Assembly (NCBI GenBank): GCA_031371805.1
Contig: JANMKB010000244.1
Coordinates: forward strand, 1-41,324
Direction: 5' to 3'
From: Blastocatellia bacterium
Lineage (GTDB): Bacteria > Acidobacteriota > Blastocatellia > RBC074
Length of the DNA stretch: 41,324 nucleotides
Numbering within the stretch: the stretch's first letter is position 1; every line of letters begins with the position of its first letter. A program made the position numbers and the translations under genes. The notes below the pieces were generated by a model. The model was given only the letters and a program-made list of their open reading frames with translations. It did no database searches and was not told the origin of the DNA. Below are positions 1 through 8,750 of this stretch, piece by piece.

Positions 1-485
1 GCAACCGCGACGGCGAAGTTCTCGATGATCCTGGCTCCTTTAAAACCAAAGAAGAATCCAAACTTTCCGTACTGGAATATATTTTGCAACCAGCGGTTTA
101 TCCCGATCTCTACGACAATTTTACACACATGGTCAGGATTAATTACTACCCACCGCGTGGAGACAATAAAGAAGGTTGGGACAACATTGATATTTTTGGC
201 TGGCTTGGCTACCCGATGCAAATCAAGATTGATTTTCTGTGCCGCGATTCAATCCTCGCCGCGCCGCTGGTCTTGGATTTGGCGTTGTTCATGGATTTAG
301 CGCAACGCACGGGAATGAAGGGAATTCAGGAATGGCTGTCATTTTATTTCAAATCGCCAATGTGCGCACCGAAGCTTTACCCCGAACACGATTTGTTCAT
401 TCAACTGATGAAGCTGAAAAACACATTGCGCCATTTGCGCGGTGAAGAACTCATCACGCATTTGGGCTTGGAATACTACGACTAA
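1..485 (+). CDS. ino1: myo-inositol-1-phosphate synthase, C-terminal part (runs off the window start)
   Basis: Frame is open from base 3 (NRDGEVLDDPGSFKTKEESK...). Motifs YYPPRGDNKEGWDNIDIFGWLG and CRDSILAAPLVLDL...LSFYFKSP. Confidence 0.93.
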   Translation, partial: NRDGEVLDDPGSFKTKEESKLSVLEYILQPAVYPDLYDNFTHMVRINYYPPRGDNKEGWDNIDIFGWLGYPMQIKIDFLCRDSILAAPLVLDLALFMDLAQRTGMKGIQEWLSFYFKSPMCAPKLYPEHDLFIQLMKLKNTLRHLRGEELITHLGLEYYD

Positions 486-591
486 GAAGATATTCGCGGT
501 TATTGGACGCTGTCGGGTATTGCTATATTCTGATCGGCACACTACGAGGTCTGCAACGAAAAAGATGATATAAAATTGGTGCGGTCAGAAA

Positions 592-2775
592 TCATCGGAA
601 CAGATCAGTCACATCCATTGAAAAGAAGAAGGCGCCGCGACCTTCTTGCGCTCGTGGTCGCGGGTTGACAGCATAGCCAAGCGTCACATTGAAATTGACT
701 AGGGTGAGCCGTACTCCTCCGCCGATGCCAAAGCGTGTGCCATATTTGTCGGGCCAGATTCGGGCGGCGTCGAAAATACCCACCGGGCTGACGGCAATGA
801 TGTTGAGTTCGTGAAACAACGACTGCACAATCGGCTGGAGTGACTGTAAGGCCTCATCGGCTTGTTTCTCTGCCTGCTTGACAGGTATTCCATTGATTGC
901 CAGCGCCAAAGCATCTTGCTGCTGTACCATTGAAGTTCTGATCACTTCAACTTGTGCCTTTTCAGTCGCCAGATTTATATTCCCCAGCGTGGCAATCAAA
1001 TGATTGAGATGGTTAATAAATTGGTTCAACGGCGACGAACTACCAATAACGTAGTCATCAAGCTTACCTGGGTCAGTAGTTTTTGTCTTTTGCAGAGCAT
1101 CTTCTGCAATGCTCAGATCATCACTGAGATCGGATAAATCATCTTCTAGTGCTGCTAAAGACTTGGCTGTGAGTTTGCCGTGCAGCGCAGTCAATTGCTG
1201 TAAGTCAGCCTCCAGCGGAGGTAAAATCTTAAGTAATTCCTTAAAGTCTCGCAGTTTCCGTTTATACGCTTGAATAAGAATCTGGCGTTGCGAGCGTATC
1301 TCTCCAGTTAATTTCTCGCTGAACTGAGGATCGGTGATTAGTTCTTTGGGAAGAATTGCACGCCCCCAGAGCGGTCGTGCAACTGTAATATTGACAGAGT
1401 AAAATTTTGTGCCACCAAGCGGTGCCAGTGTAGCTAAAGCATTCAAGCGATTCTGCGGGAAACTGCGAATGAACGGAGTACTTCGGATGTGCCAGCTATC
1501 GCCCGTGATGAATTCCTGTTGGGCGTTACCGCCGAAGAAACTTTCTACAACTGGCAATTTGCCCAATTTCTGAATTACTCCGCCCGTGAACTGCGCTTCA
1601 AGATCAAGTGTTTTGTGAAATGCGCCTGGCGTTTGGGCGCTCACTTCTTTCGGCAAAAAACGCATCGTCAGAGCGAGATCAACTACGTGCTTAATGAAAT
1701 CAATTGAAGTCGAAGCTCCATTTGTACCAGCTTGCAGTCCGTATGACCCGGTAAAGGAAGATGTAATTTGGGGGGCAGAGATTTCGGTGGGAGGGATTTT
1801 GGGATAAGAAGAGCGTGCCGTCAGGCCTGCGTATGCCTTGAGCGAGCCATAGCCAGAGTTCGACAGGTTATTGCTCACTGTGACTGCCGCTTTTGGATTG
1901 GTCTGCTGGTTGCCACCTTCGAGAGACATGCCGAAACGCAATACTAAGCCTTTGGTTCCAAGCGGTTCTGATGCCCCGAAAAGTTGTGCGCTAAGCTTCC
2001 CTGAACGCAAGCGGATACTATCGGCAGGGGTGTCAGAATGCTGGTAGCCAAGCCGATATTCCAGATGAGACAGGAGCGACTTACCTGGCTCTCTTGATCC
2101 GACCAGGACAAGTTCCTCAAAGTTGCTGTCATTAGAGCCGGTGGCGGTGAAATCCAGTGTGTCAAAGATACCACCGGGCGTCCGCATCTTAACGTTCATT
2201 CCGCCAAAGAGTCGGCGCGTACGGTTATAACCGATCTGCGGCCTGACCAGCAGGAAACCTTTTGCCTGGCTGGTAGCAGACGCCATTGCTGGATGCTCTA
2301 CTTCCGCCTGTTTCAACTCAAACGTATGGCTTAAGTATGAATTGTAGTTGGTAGTAAAAACGCGATAGACGACATCCAGTTCAGGAATCGGCCTGGTTTC
2401 CACATCACAACGTTCGATATGAGGTCGCACCACGATTAGCCGGAAAAGTTGATCACCATTGGTGTCAGCCTCTTTCAACTTCTTGTTAATCAGATCCAGT
2501 CCATCATTCAACTGCGAGACGGAGAATGGCATGCCCTTACGCAGAGGAAGATCTGATTTGATGGCGTTAAGACTGCTGGTAACAGTGTGCAAGAAGTCGA
2601 ATGGGCTTTCGATTCGCACCTCCCGCACACGATACTTGTCTTTGGTAAAAATGTCGGAGGTGGCAGGTTGTGAGCATACTTGAGCCTTAGTGGCAGATGC
2701 TGTTACCAAAAGGCAGAATAAACTGCTCATTAGCGACCATACGCTAAGACTAATAATTCGTTTAAGCAGTAGCAT
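592..2775 (-). CDS. Omp85/BamA-TamA superfamily outer-membrane protein with POTRA-like N-terminus and large helical insertion
   Basis: Signal peptide; POTRA-like segment (YRVREVRIE...LPLRKGMPFS); alternating beta-strands; IRSF equivalent of the VRGF loop motif; C-terminal FDAARIW...FGIGGGVR...LGYAVNP...FFFSM. Confidence 0.7.
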   Translation of the reverse strand: MLLLKRIISLSVWSLMSSLFCLLVTASATKAQVCSQPATSDIFTKDKYRVREVRIESPFDFLHTVTSSLNAIKSDLPLRKGMPFSVSQLNDGLDLINKKLKEADTNGDQLFRLIVVRPHIERCDVETRPIPELDVVYRVFTTNYNSYLSHTFELKQAEVEHPAMASATSQAKGFLLVRPQIGYNRTRRLFGGMNVKMRTPGGIFDTLDFTATGSNDSNFEELVLVGSREPGKSLLSHLEYRLGYQHSDTPADSIRLRSGKLSAQLFGASEPLGTKGLVLRFGMSLEGGNQQTNPKAAVTVSNNLSNSGYGSLKAYAGLTARSSYPKIPPTEISAPQITSSFTGSYGLQAGTNGASTSIDFIKHVVDLALTMRFLPKEVSAQTPGAFHKTLDLEAQFTGGVIQKLGKLPVVESFFGGNAQQEFITGDSWHIRSTPFIRSFPQNRLNALATLAPLGGTKFYSVNITVARPLWGRAILPKELITDPQFSEKLTGEIRSQRQILIQAYKRKLRDFKELLKILPPLEADLQQLTALHGKLTAKSLAALEDDLSDLSDDLSIAEDALQKTKTTDPGKLDDYVIGSSSPLNQFINHLNHLIATLGNINLATEKAQVEVIRTSMVQQQDALALAINGIPVKQAEKQADEALQSLQPIVQSLFHELNIIAVSPVGIFDAARIWPDKYGTRFGIGGGVRLTLVNFNVTLGYAVNPRPRAQEGRGAFFFSMDVTDLFR

Positions 2776-2797
2776 AACATCTCCGACTGTAATTTAT

Positions 2798-3175
2798 TCA
2801 GTTGATTGGTGAGCCAGGGTTTCTCGCTGCAATTACGTTTTGCGCATCAGCGTCAGTCCGTTTTTTGGAAACTTTCTTTTGTTTGAAAAGCTTTGCTGTG
2901 TCAGAAGCAGCAAAGGAAGCACGTGCCTGATCTCCATCTAACCCATGTTTGGCAGTGGCTTCAGCCTTATCATGGAAGTCTTGATGGATAGTTACTTTTA
3001 AGGTAACCAATGGTTGAAATGGATCGGTCGTCTTTGCTCTCTCTTCAAGATCAAAAACCATTGTCCAGTCAACCGTGTCGCCAGGATTGCATTTTTTAAT
3101 GAGGGTCAGGTTGATTTTGCGCAGTTGATTGGGTGTGACAACCAACAAGTCAACGGAAAAAGATGTACAGGCCAT
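2798..3175 (-). CDS. hypothetical protein, no signal peptide
   Basis: 125-aa ORF with a strong AAGGAG RBS, 22 bp upstream of the Omp85 gene on the same strand. Confidence 0.75.
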   Translation of the reverse strand: MACTSFSVDLLVVTPNQLRKINLTLIKKCNPGDTVDWTMVFDLEERAKTTDPFQPLVTLKVTIHQDFHDKAEATAKHGLDGDQARASFAASDTAKLFKQKKVSKKRTDADAQNVIAARNPGSPIN

Positions 3176-3218
3176 GAAAGTATCTCCTTTAATCCCTTAA
3201 GAGGGTCGGTTGAAGTTG

Positions 3219-3284
3219 ATGTGTCAATCTTTGTGATGTCAACCAGTCTGAAATGACAAGTTGACTTGCCTCTGATCGGCACAT
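3219..3284. other. long imperfect intergenic hairpin
   Basis: Nested arms ATGTGTCAATC/GATCGGCACAT and GTCAAC/GTTGAC. Confidence 0.5.
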
Positions 3285-3329
3285 TTACAAAATGAAATTA
3301 GGTGCAAGACATTTCATCTCACTCCTGGG

Positions 3330-3980
3330 TTAAAGTCCTGCAAGCTTCTTCAGATCGTCCAACGTTCCATTGAAACGATCCAAGTCTACTTGATTGCTGT
3401 TGATGCCATTGACCGTCCCTTTTTCTGAGAATTGCCAGATCGTGTGTTTGGCAAATCCCTGTGGGATGTTCGGCTTCGGTTTGAAGATGTAGTGCGCGAC
3501 CCAGAGCGGATGGCTGGCAAACTGTGCCGTCCCATTCAGTTTCGCGTTCCAAAACGAGGCGCTGGTGTAGATGATCGGTGTCCGCCCCAGTGCCGCTTCT
3601 ACTGTGTCGAGCCATTTTTGGACGCCGTTGATAATTACAGAAGCGCTCTTTCCGTCATCGGCTTCGACATCAAGCGTGGGTGGCAAGTCGCCTGGCTCCA
3701 GGTGCTTGACGACGTGCAGGAAGCTGTCGGCTTGCGCTTGAACATCACTGCCGGGGTGAAAGAAATGATAAGCACCACGCAGCATGCCGTTGCTCTTGAT
3801 GGCTGCATAGTTTGCAGTAAAGTGTGTGTCCTTGAGGCCGATGCCTTCGGTGGCTTTGGTAAAGGCGAAGGCGATGCCAGCGGCGTGGACTTTTGACCAG
3901 TTGATGATTCCATTGTGATGCGAGACATCTACACCACGTACCGCATCGGTATCAGCGAAAGTTGTTGGTTGATTTGCCAT
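3330..3980 (-). CDS. GH25 family lysozyme/muramidase, catalytic domain only
   Basis: GVDVSHHN, KATEG, RGAYHFF, LDVE (DxE), PIIYT, LWVAHY, WQFS, VDLDRF. Confidence 0.93.
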   Translation of the reverse strand: MANQPTTFADTDAVRGVDVSHHNGIINWSKVHAAGIAFAFTKATEGIGLKDTHFTANYAAIKSNGMLRGAYHFFHPGSDVQAQADSFLHVVKHLEPGDLPPTLDVEADDGKSASVIINGVQKWLDTVEAALGRTPIIYTSASFWNAKLNGTAQFASHPLWVAHYIFKPKPNIPQGFAKHTIWQFSEKGTVNGINSNQVDLDRFNGTLDDLKKLAGL

Positions 3981-4331
3981 GATTTGTTATCTCAATCAGT
4001 AATGATCTTTTTGGGCAATTCATTTCAGGGAACGGCAAATGTTTTTGTATTTAATTTTCCGGTGCGAATTAATCCATCCAATACAAGCACCAAATGAACA
4101 GCTAAAAAACCGTTGCCAGACATCACGCCGCCGCCGGAGCGAAACGTTATCATCGTTTGTTTATAGGGGTAAAGTTACCGCCAGCACCTCGCCACAAAAG
4201 GAAGAACTCTTTCGTGCGAACAGGTCAGAACCACAACTGACAATTACCTGTCAGACTTTCGGAACAGGAAATCGTTTGCTTGTCATTTGAATTTAGTATT
4301 GGGGGAATCTTGCCAGAGAGGAGTATAGAAG

Positions 4332-4349
4332 TTGCAATAAATATTGCAA
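4332..4349. promoter_or_regulatory. perfect 8-2-8 inverted repeat, possible operator
   Basis: TTGCAATA-AA-TATTGCAA in the divergent intergenic region between GH25 and gpsA. Confidence 0.35.
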
Positions 4350-4423
4350 GCGATTCGGTTGCAAATGTTTCATTTAATCCTCTCTATCTTGTAAATTCTG
4401 TTCATCCTGTCTATGTTTTGCCA

Positions 4424-5422
4424 ATGAAGAAAATTGCCATCATCGGCGCAGGTAGTTACGGGACTGCGCTTGCCTTGGTCGCCGCTCAGGCTGGACATGA
4501 AATAAAGCTTTGGGCGCACGATCCTGAAGTCGCGGCGACGCTCAAAACCCAAAAGCAAAATAAAGTTTATCTGCCCGGTTTTGACTTATCTGAAAATATT
4601 TCTCCAACGCACGATTTGTCTGAAGCTCTGCACGATGCTGAGTTAGTTATCACTGCCGTTCCTTCGCACGTTTGCCGCGAAGTATATGCAAATATGCTCC
4701 TGTATTTACAGGGCAAAATGATTTTCGTCAGCGCAACGAAGGGCCTTGAAATTCAGACGCAGATGCGCATGGAAGAAGTTGTGTGTGATGTTTTGCAAAC
4801 GAAATTTGCTCCGCGTTACGTCGCACTATCCGGCCCGACGTTTGCGCTGGAAGTTGCGCAAAATCAGCCCTGTGCCATTGTCGCTGCATCGTCTGATTTA
4901 GACGCTGCGACGGTTGTGCAATCCGTTCTTTCGACACGCCGCTTTCGTGTCTACACAAACAACGATGTCGTCGGCGTTGAAATCTGCGGCGCAGTCAAAA
5001 ATGTGATGGCAATTGCCACCGGATGCGTAAACGGTTTGGGACTGGGCTACAACAGCGCAGCGGCATTGATTACACGTGGGCTGGCAGAAATGACACGGCT
5101 GGCAGTGAAGCTGGGTGGACGCGGCGAGACGATGGCGGGCTTAGCCGGAATGGGTGATTTAGTGCTGACCTGCATGGGCAATCTTTCGCGCAATCGTCAG
5201 GTTGGTTTTGAGCTTGGACGTGGACGCACGCTCAAAGAAATTGTGAGCGAAACGCGGCAGGTTGCAGAAGGAGTGAAGACGGCGCAGGCTACGCATGAAT
5301 TATCAGAGCGCCTCGGCGTCGAATTGCCAATTACGACCGGGGTCTACAAAATGTTGTACGAAGATAAGACGCCACAGGAATTGTTAATGGAATTGATGGA
5401 ACGACCCCTCAAAGGGGAATAG
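4424..5422 (+). CDS. gpsA: NAD(P)H-dependent glycerol-3-phosphate dehydrogenase
   Basis: MKKIAIIGAGSYGTALA, SATKGLE, LSGPTFA, GAVKNVMAIA, GDLVLTC..SRNR, VAEGV. Start placed at ATG 4424. Confidence 0.96.
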   Translation: MKKIAIIGAGSYGTALALVAAQAGHEIKLWAHDPEVAATLKTQKQNKVYLPGFDLSENISPTHDLSEALHDAELVITAVPSHVCREVYANMLLYLQGKMIFVSATKGLEIQTQMRMEEVVCDVLQTKFAPRYVALSGPTFALEVAQNQPCAIVAASSDLDAATVVQSVLSTRRFRVYTNNDVVGVEICGAVKNVMAIATGCVNGLGLGYNSAAALITRGLAEMTRLAVKLGGRGETMAGLAGMGDLVLTCMGNLSRNRQVGFELGRGRTLKEIVSETRQVAEGVKTAQATHELSERLGVELPITTGVYKMLYEDKTPQELLMELMERPLKGE

Positions 5423-5434
5423 AATTTTCTCAAC

Positions 5435-5515
5435 ATGTACAAGCGTATTTTGTCTACAATGCAATTGAATGTTGAGGCTGGACGCATGATCATGACGAAT
5501 CATGCGGTCAAAGTT
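5435..5515 (+). pseudogene. N-terminal remnant of a DUF4258-like putative toxin
   Basis: MYKRILSTMQ...GRMIMTNHA resembles the DUF4258 N-terminus (..y.mT.HA). The rest is missing and the remnant is fused in frame to the next gene. Confidence 0.5.
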
Positions 5516-5770
5516 ATGAATACTGGAAAAACAAATTCGTACCAGATATGCCGGAACTGTGGGATGAGTGCCGCACGACAAGTCAAGCGCGACGAAATTT
5601 ATGGGCGTGGAAAACAAGCCGTCATTATTGAAGATGTTCCAATGATTCAATGCGATCAATGCGGGATGATTTATCTAGAGCCGCAAGTCATCACAACCAT
5701 TGATGATATTTGCGCACATCCTGAAAAGTATACGGCACAGGAGTATCGTCCGGTTGCCAAAATCGCGTGA
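5516..5770 (+). CDS. YgiT-type/MqsA-like zinc-finger protein (putative antitoxin)
   Basis: CRNCG...IIEDVPMIQCDQCGMIYLEP. Confidence 0.85.
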   Translation: MNTGKTNSYQICRNCGMSAARQVKRDEIYGRGKQAVIIEDVPMIQCDQCGMIYLEPQVITTIDDICAHPEKYTAQEYRPVAKIA

Positions 5771-5801
5771 AGCAAAGTGAGCTACAACACTCGCCTTGCC
5801 A

Positions 5802-5833
5802 TAATGGAATTGATGGAATGACCAGAGGAATAA
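5802..5833 (+). repeat. degenerate second copy of the gpsA 3' end
   Basis: TAATGGAATTGATGGAAtGACC (5802-5823) matches 5385-5406 at 21/22. It continues AGAGGAATAA versus AGGGGAATAG after a 6-nt gap. Confidence 0.85.
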
Positions 5834-5869
5834 GTTTGAATTAAATTGTAGCCATCAAAGGAGAGAGCC

Positions 5870-7675
5870 ATGCCCAATCGTTTATGCGCCGTTTTTCTCT
5901 TAGTTTTGTTGAGCAGTTGCTTTGCAAATCCAGCTTTCAGCCAGACTGAAAATACCGGAAACTTTACCATCAAGCCCGGACAATCTGTGTATATCGTTGC
6001 AGTCAAGGGCGATTGCGGAGGCGCTGCTGTTTCGGGGATTGTGAATGGGCAACTTATCATGGCTGGTGGGATGCCGCCCAGTGAATCCAAAGAGCAGCGC
6101 AAAATGTTAGGCTATACAGAACCGCTTCCTCACGTCGCCGAAATCATTGGGCAGGCGATGTCAAAAGACAAAACATTTGTAGTCGTCAATTCGCCCGACA
6201 AGGCGGATTTTATCTTTCACGTTTGTGCAGCGTATACGGAAGACCTGATGAATCCTGAAGTGCTGCGGCGGATGAATATGCGGTCGCAGTTAGTCTATTC
6301 CGAAGCGCGGATGATTCCGGCGTCCGTTTATCGCGCCGATAAAGAAGCGATTTTTGCTCCCATGTGGAAGGCCAAAACACCTGACCTTCAACGGTCTGTC
6401 CCGGCAAGTGATGCCAAGCCTGGAGAGAAAAAGAAAAAAGAGAAAAACCCTCCTGCCCCGCAACAACAAGGAAGGGTAGTCGTCAATGGTGTGCAAATGG
6501 CCATCGGGCCAAATACCGCAAATCGCTCGGCAGATTTTGATGATTTGATAAAATATTTTTTGCTGGATTATCCAAAAATTGCCGCGATAAAAATTCCTAA
6601 AGCGGGCATGGTGACTGCCACAATTATAGAGGATTCTCAACGCCCTGCCTTAACCAATAAACCTGATGACGCACCACTAGAAAAATCGCGTCCAGCGTTA
6701 GTAAAAAAGGCTGGGGAGCCGCTGACAGAAGCCAAATCTGAAACAACCGCCAAGCCTGCCACTGAAGCCGAAGAAGTTATCAAAGTGGATACTGCCCTGG
6801 TTTATGTTCCGGTGCGCGTCTTCGACAAAGACGGCAGGTACGTTCCTGATTTAACCAAAAAAGAATTCAAAGTTTTTGAGGATGATTCAGAACAGGAGAT
6901 TGAAAATTTTAGTAACGTGGATGACCCGTTTCATGTCGTGTTACTGCTGGATATGTCCGGCAGTACACGCTTCAAGGTCGAAGAAATTCAGGATGCAGCG
7001 CTGGAATTTATTGAGCAACTTCGTCCGCAAGATCAGGTGATGATCGCATCGTTTGAAAGCGCAATTTATGTAGATGCAGATTTTACGAATGATCGGGCAA
7101 AGCTGACCAAAGCAATCCTTCGCACACATACGGGTGGAGGTACGCGCTTGTATGATGCAGTTGATTTAGTCCTGACGGAAAGGCTGAATAAAATTCAGGG
7201 GCGCAAAGCGATTGTGCTTTTTTCGGATGGCCTTGACGGCACAAGTAAGGTCGCAACGTTAATGGGAAACTTCGATAAAGTTGAAGAGGCGAATACGTTA
7301 GTCTATACAGTTCATTACGATACAACGCCTGGCCTTTCTCAAGGGGTGCAAATTAACGGGGTTCTGGTTCAGCCGCATATCGCCGCAGGTGCGAAAGAAC
7401 GAATGAAAGAAGTAGCTGAACGCGCCACAATGTACATGAATGAATTGGCAATCCGCAGCGGAGGGCGCAGTTACGAAGCCGCTACAATGACTGATGCCAA
7501 ATCGGCCTTTGCCAATATCGCCGAAGAATTACGTCGTCAATACTGGCTGAGTTATTACTCCACGAATCCAAAAAGTGATGGCAGCTACCGAAAAATTCGC
7601 GTCGGAGTAAATCAATCCGACAGCAAAAAATGGGCAGTCCGTGCGAAAAATGGGTATCGCGCTCCGAAAAAATAG
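5870..7675 (+). CDS. secreted VWA-domain protein (acidobacterial VWFA-related type) with extra N-terminal domain
   Basis: Signal peptide; EVIKVDTALVYVPVRVFDKDG; MIDAS DMSGS; GGTRLYDA; RKAIVLFSDG; IAEELRRQYWLSY. Confidence 0.88.
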   Translation: MPNRLCAVFLLVLLSSCFANPAFSQTENTGNFTIKPGQSVYIVAVKGDCGGAAVSGIVNGQLIMAGGMPPSESKEQRKMLGYTEPLPHVAEIIGQAMSKDKTFVVVNSPDKADFIFHVCAAYTEDLMNPEVLRRMNMRSQLVYSEARMIPASVYRADKEAIFAPMWKAKTPDLQRSVPASDAKPGEKKKKEKNPPAPQQQGRVVVNGVQMAIGPNTANRSADFDDLIKYFLLDYPKIAAIKIPKAGMVTATIIEDSQRPALTNKPDDAPLEKSRPALVKKAGEPLTEAKSETTAKPATEAEEVIKVDTALVYVPVRVFDKDGRYVPDLTKKEFKVFEDDSEQEIENFSNVDDPFHVVLLLDMSGSTRFKVEEIQDAALEFIEQLRPQDQVMIASFESAIYVDADFTNDRAKLTKAILRTHTGGGTRLYDAVDLVLTERLNKIQGRKAIVLFSDGLDGTSKVATLMGNFDKVEEANTLVYTVHYDTTPGLSQGVQINGVLVQPHIAAGAKERMKEVAERATMYMNELAIRSGGRSYEAATMTDAKSAFANIAEELRRQYWLSYYSTNPKSDGSYRKIRVGVNQSDSKKWAVRAKNGYRAPKK

Positions 7676-7691
7676 GAAAAAGGTTTCGCCG

Positions 7692-8162
7692 GTGATACTA
7701 CCAGATTATAAAATTCGCCTTGCTACAATTGATGATGCTGCTATTATCGCACGTCATCGCGCCGAGATGTTTTTTGATATGGGTTATATTGATGCACAAC
7801 AGATGGACATCGTCGCTGGTAATTCTTTACCGATGCTCCAGGCGATGTTGGTGTCCGGCGAGTATCGTGGCTGGCTGGTAGAATTTGAAGGTGAAATTGT
7901 TGCAGGCGGTGGTATGATTTTGCGTCGCTTGTTGCCGCGTCTTGGTTGTTTCAGCGGAGGACAAGAAGCCTATATTTTGAATATGTTCACTGAGCGTGAA
8001 CATCGCCACAAAAATTTGGCGCGGCACCTGATGCAAGTGATGATTGAGTGGTGTCAGAAAAATAAAATGGGTCGAGTTTCCTTGCACGCTTCGGACGCGG
8101 GTCGTCCACTCTATGAAAGTCTGGGATTTGCAACGACCAACGAGATGATGTGGAAGCAGTAA
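7692..8162 (+). CDS. GNAT family N-acetyltransferase
   Basis: IRLATIDD, YILNMFTEREHRHKNLAR, LHASDAGRPLYESLGF. GTG start chosen. Confidence 0.88.
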   Translation: MILPDYKIRLATIDDAAIIARHRAEMFFDMGYIDAQQMDIVAGNSLPMLQAMLVSGEYRGWLVEFEGEIVAGGGMILRRLLPRLGCFSGGQEAYILNMFTEREHRHKNLARHLMQVMIEWCQKNKMGRVSLHASDAGRPLYESLGFATTNEMMWKQ

Positions 8163-8180
8163 AGAAAGTAGTTTTACGAG

Positions 8181-8642
8181 ATGTCAGAGAAAATTATCAG
8201 CTCCAACCGAGCCGCCTACCATAATTATTTTATCCTTGATACTTACGAAGCGGGAATCGTACTCAAAGGGACGGAAGTGAAATCTGCGCGTGAAGGCAGT
8301 GTGAATTTGAAGGAAGGATATGTCCTGGTGCGCGATGGCCAAATCTGGTTGCTCAATGTGCATATCAATCAATATTCACACGGCAATCGTGAAAACCATG
8401 ACCCGACACGCGAACGTCGCCTGTTAATGCACAAGCGCGAAATCGTCCGCTTGCAATCAAAAATTAAGGAAAAAGGCTTGACTGTCGTCCCGACAAAATT
8501 TTATTTCAAGAATGGATTTATCAAGTGTGAGATCGGCATTGCGCGCGGAAAGAAACTGCACGATAAACGCGAAACGGAAACGAAAAAAGATCAGGAGAGA
8601 GAAGCGCGTTCAGCGCTGAAACAACGAAATAGAGATGATTAA
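8181..8642 (+). CDS. smpB: SsrA-binding protein
   Basis: NRAAYHNY..YEAGIVLKGTEVKSAR, RERRLLMHKREI, ARGKKLHDKRE. Confidence 0.97.
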   Translation: MSEKIISSNRAAYHNYFILDTYEAGIVLKGTEVKSAREGSVNLKEGYVLVRDGQIWLLNVHINQYSHGNRENHDPTRERRLLMHKREIVRLQSKIKEKGLTVVPTKFYFKNGFIKCEIGIARGKKLHDKRETETKKDQEREARSALKQRNRDD

Positions 8643-8644
8643 AA

Positions 8645-8672
8645 TGTCCAACAAACTGAAGTTTATTGGACA
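8645..8672. repeat. REP-like palindrome
   Basis: TGTCCAA-C-AAACT-GA-AGTTT-A-TTGGACA just after the smpB stop. Confidence 0.6.
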
Positions 8673-8750
8673 CTTGAAAATTTAATTTACGGTGTAATTA
8701 TTAAAGCAAACAAGGAAGTTTGCCGGATATTTTAGGAGCTAATAAATCAA

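Noticed and set aside
3330-3980. Prophage lysis cassette
   Set aside because: No recognisable holin, spanin, structural or integrase genes nearby.
4280-4423. N-terminal extension of GpsA in the ORF track
   Set aside because: The Rossmann motif begins right after ATG 4424; the upstream part is palindrome and repeat sequence.
8181-8750. tmRNA gene beside smpB
   Set aside because: No GGGG 5' end or T-arm/CCA 3' end, and the intergenic space is too short.
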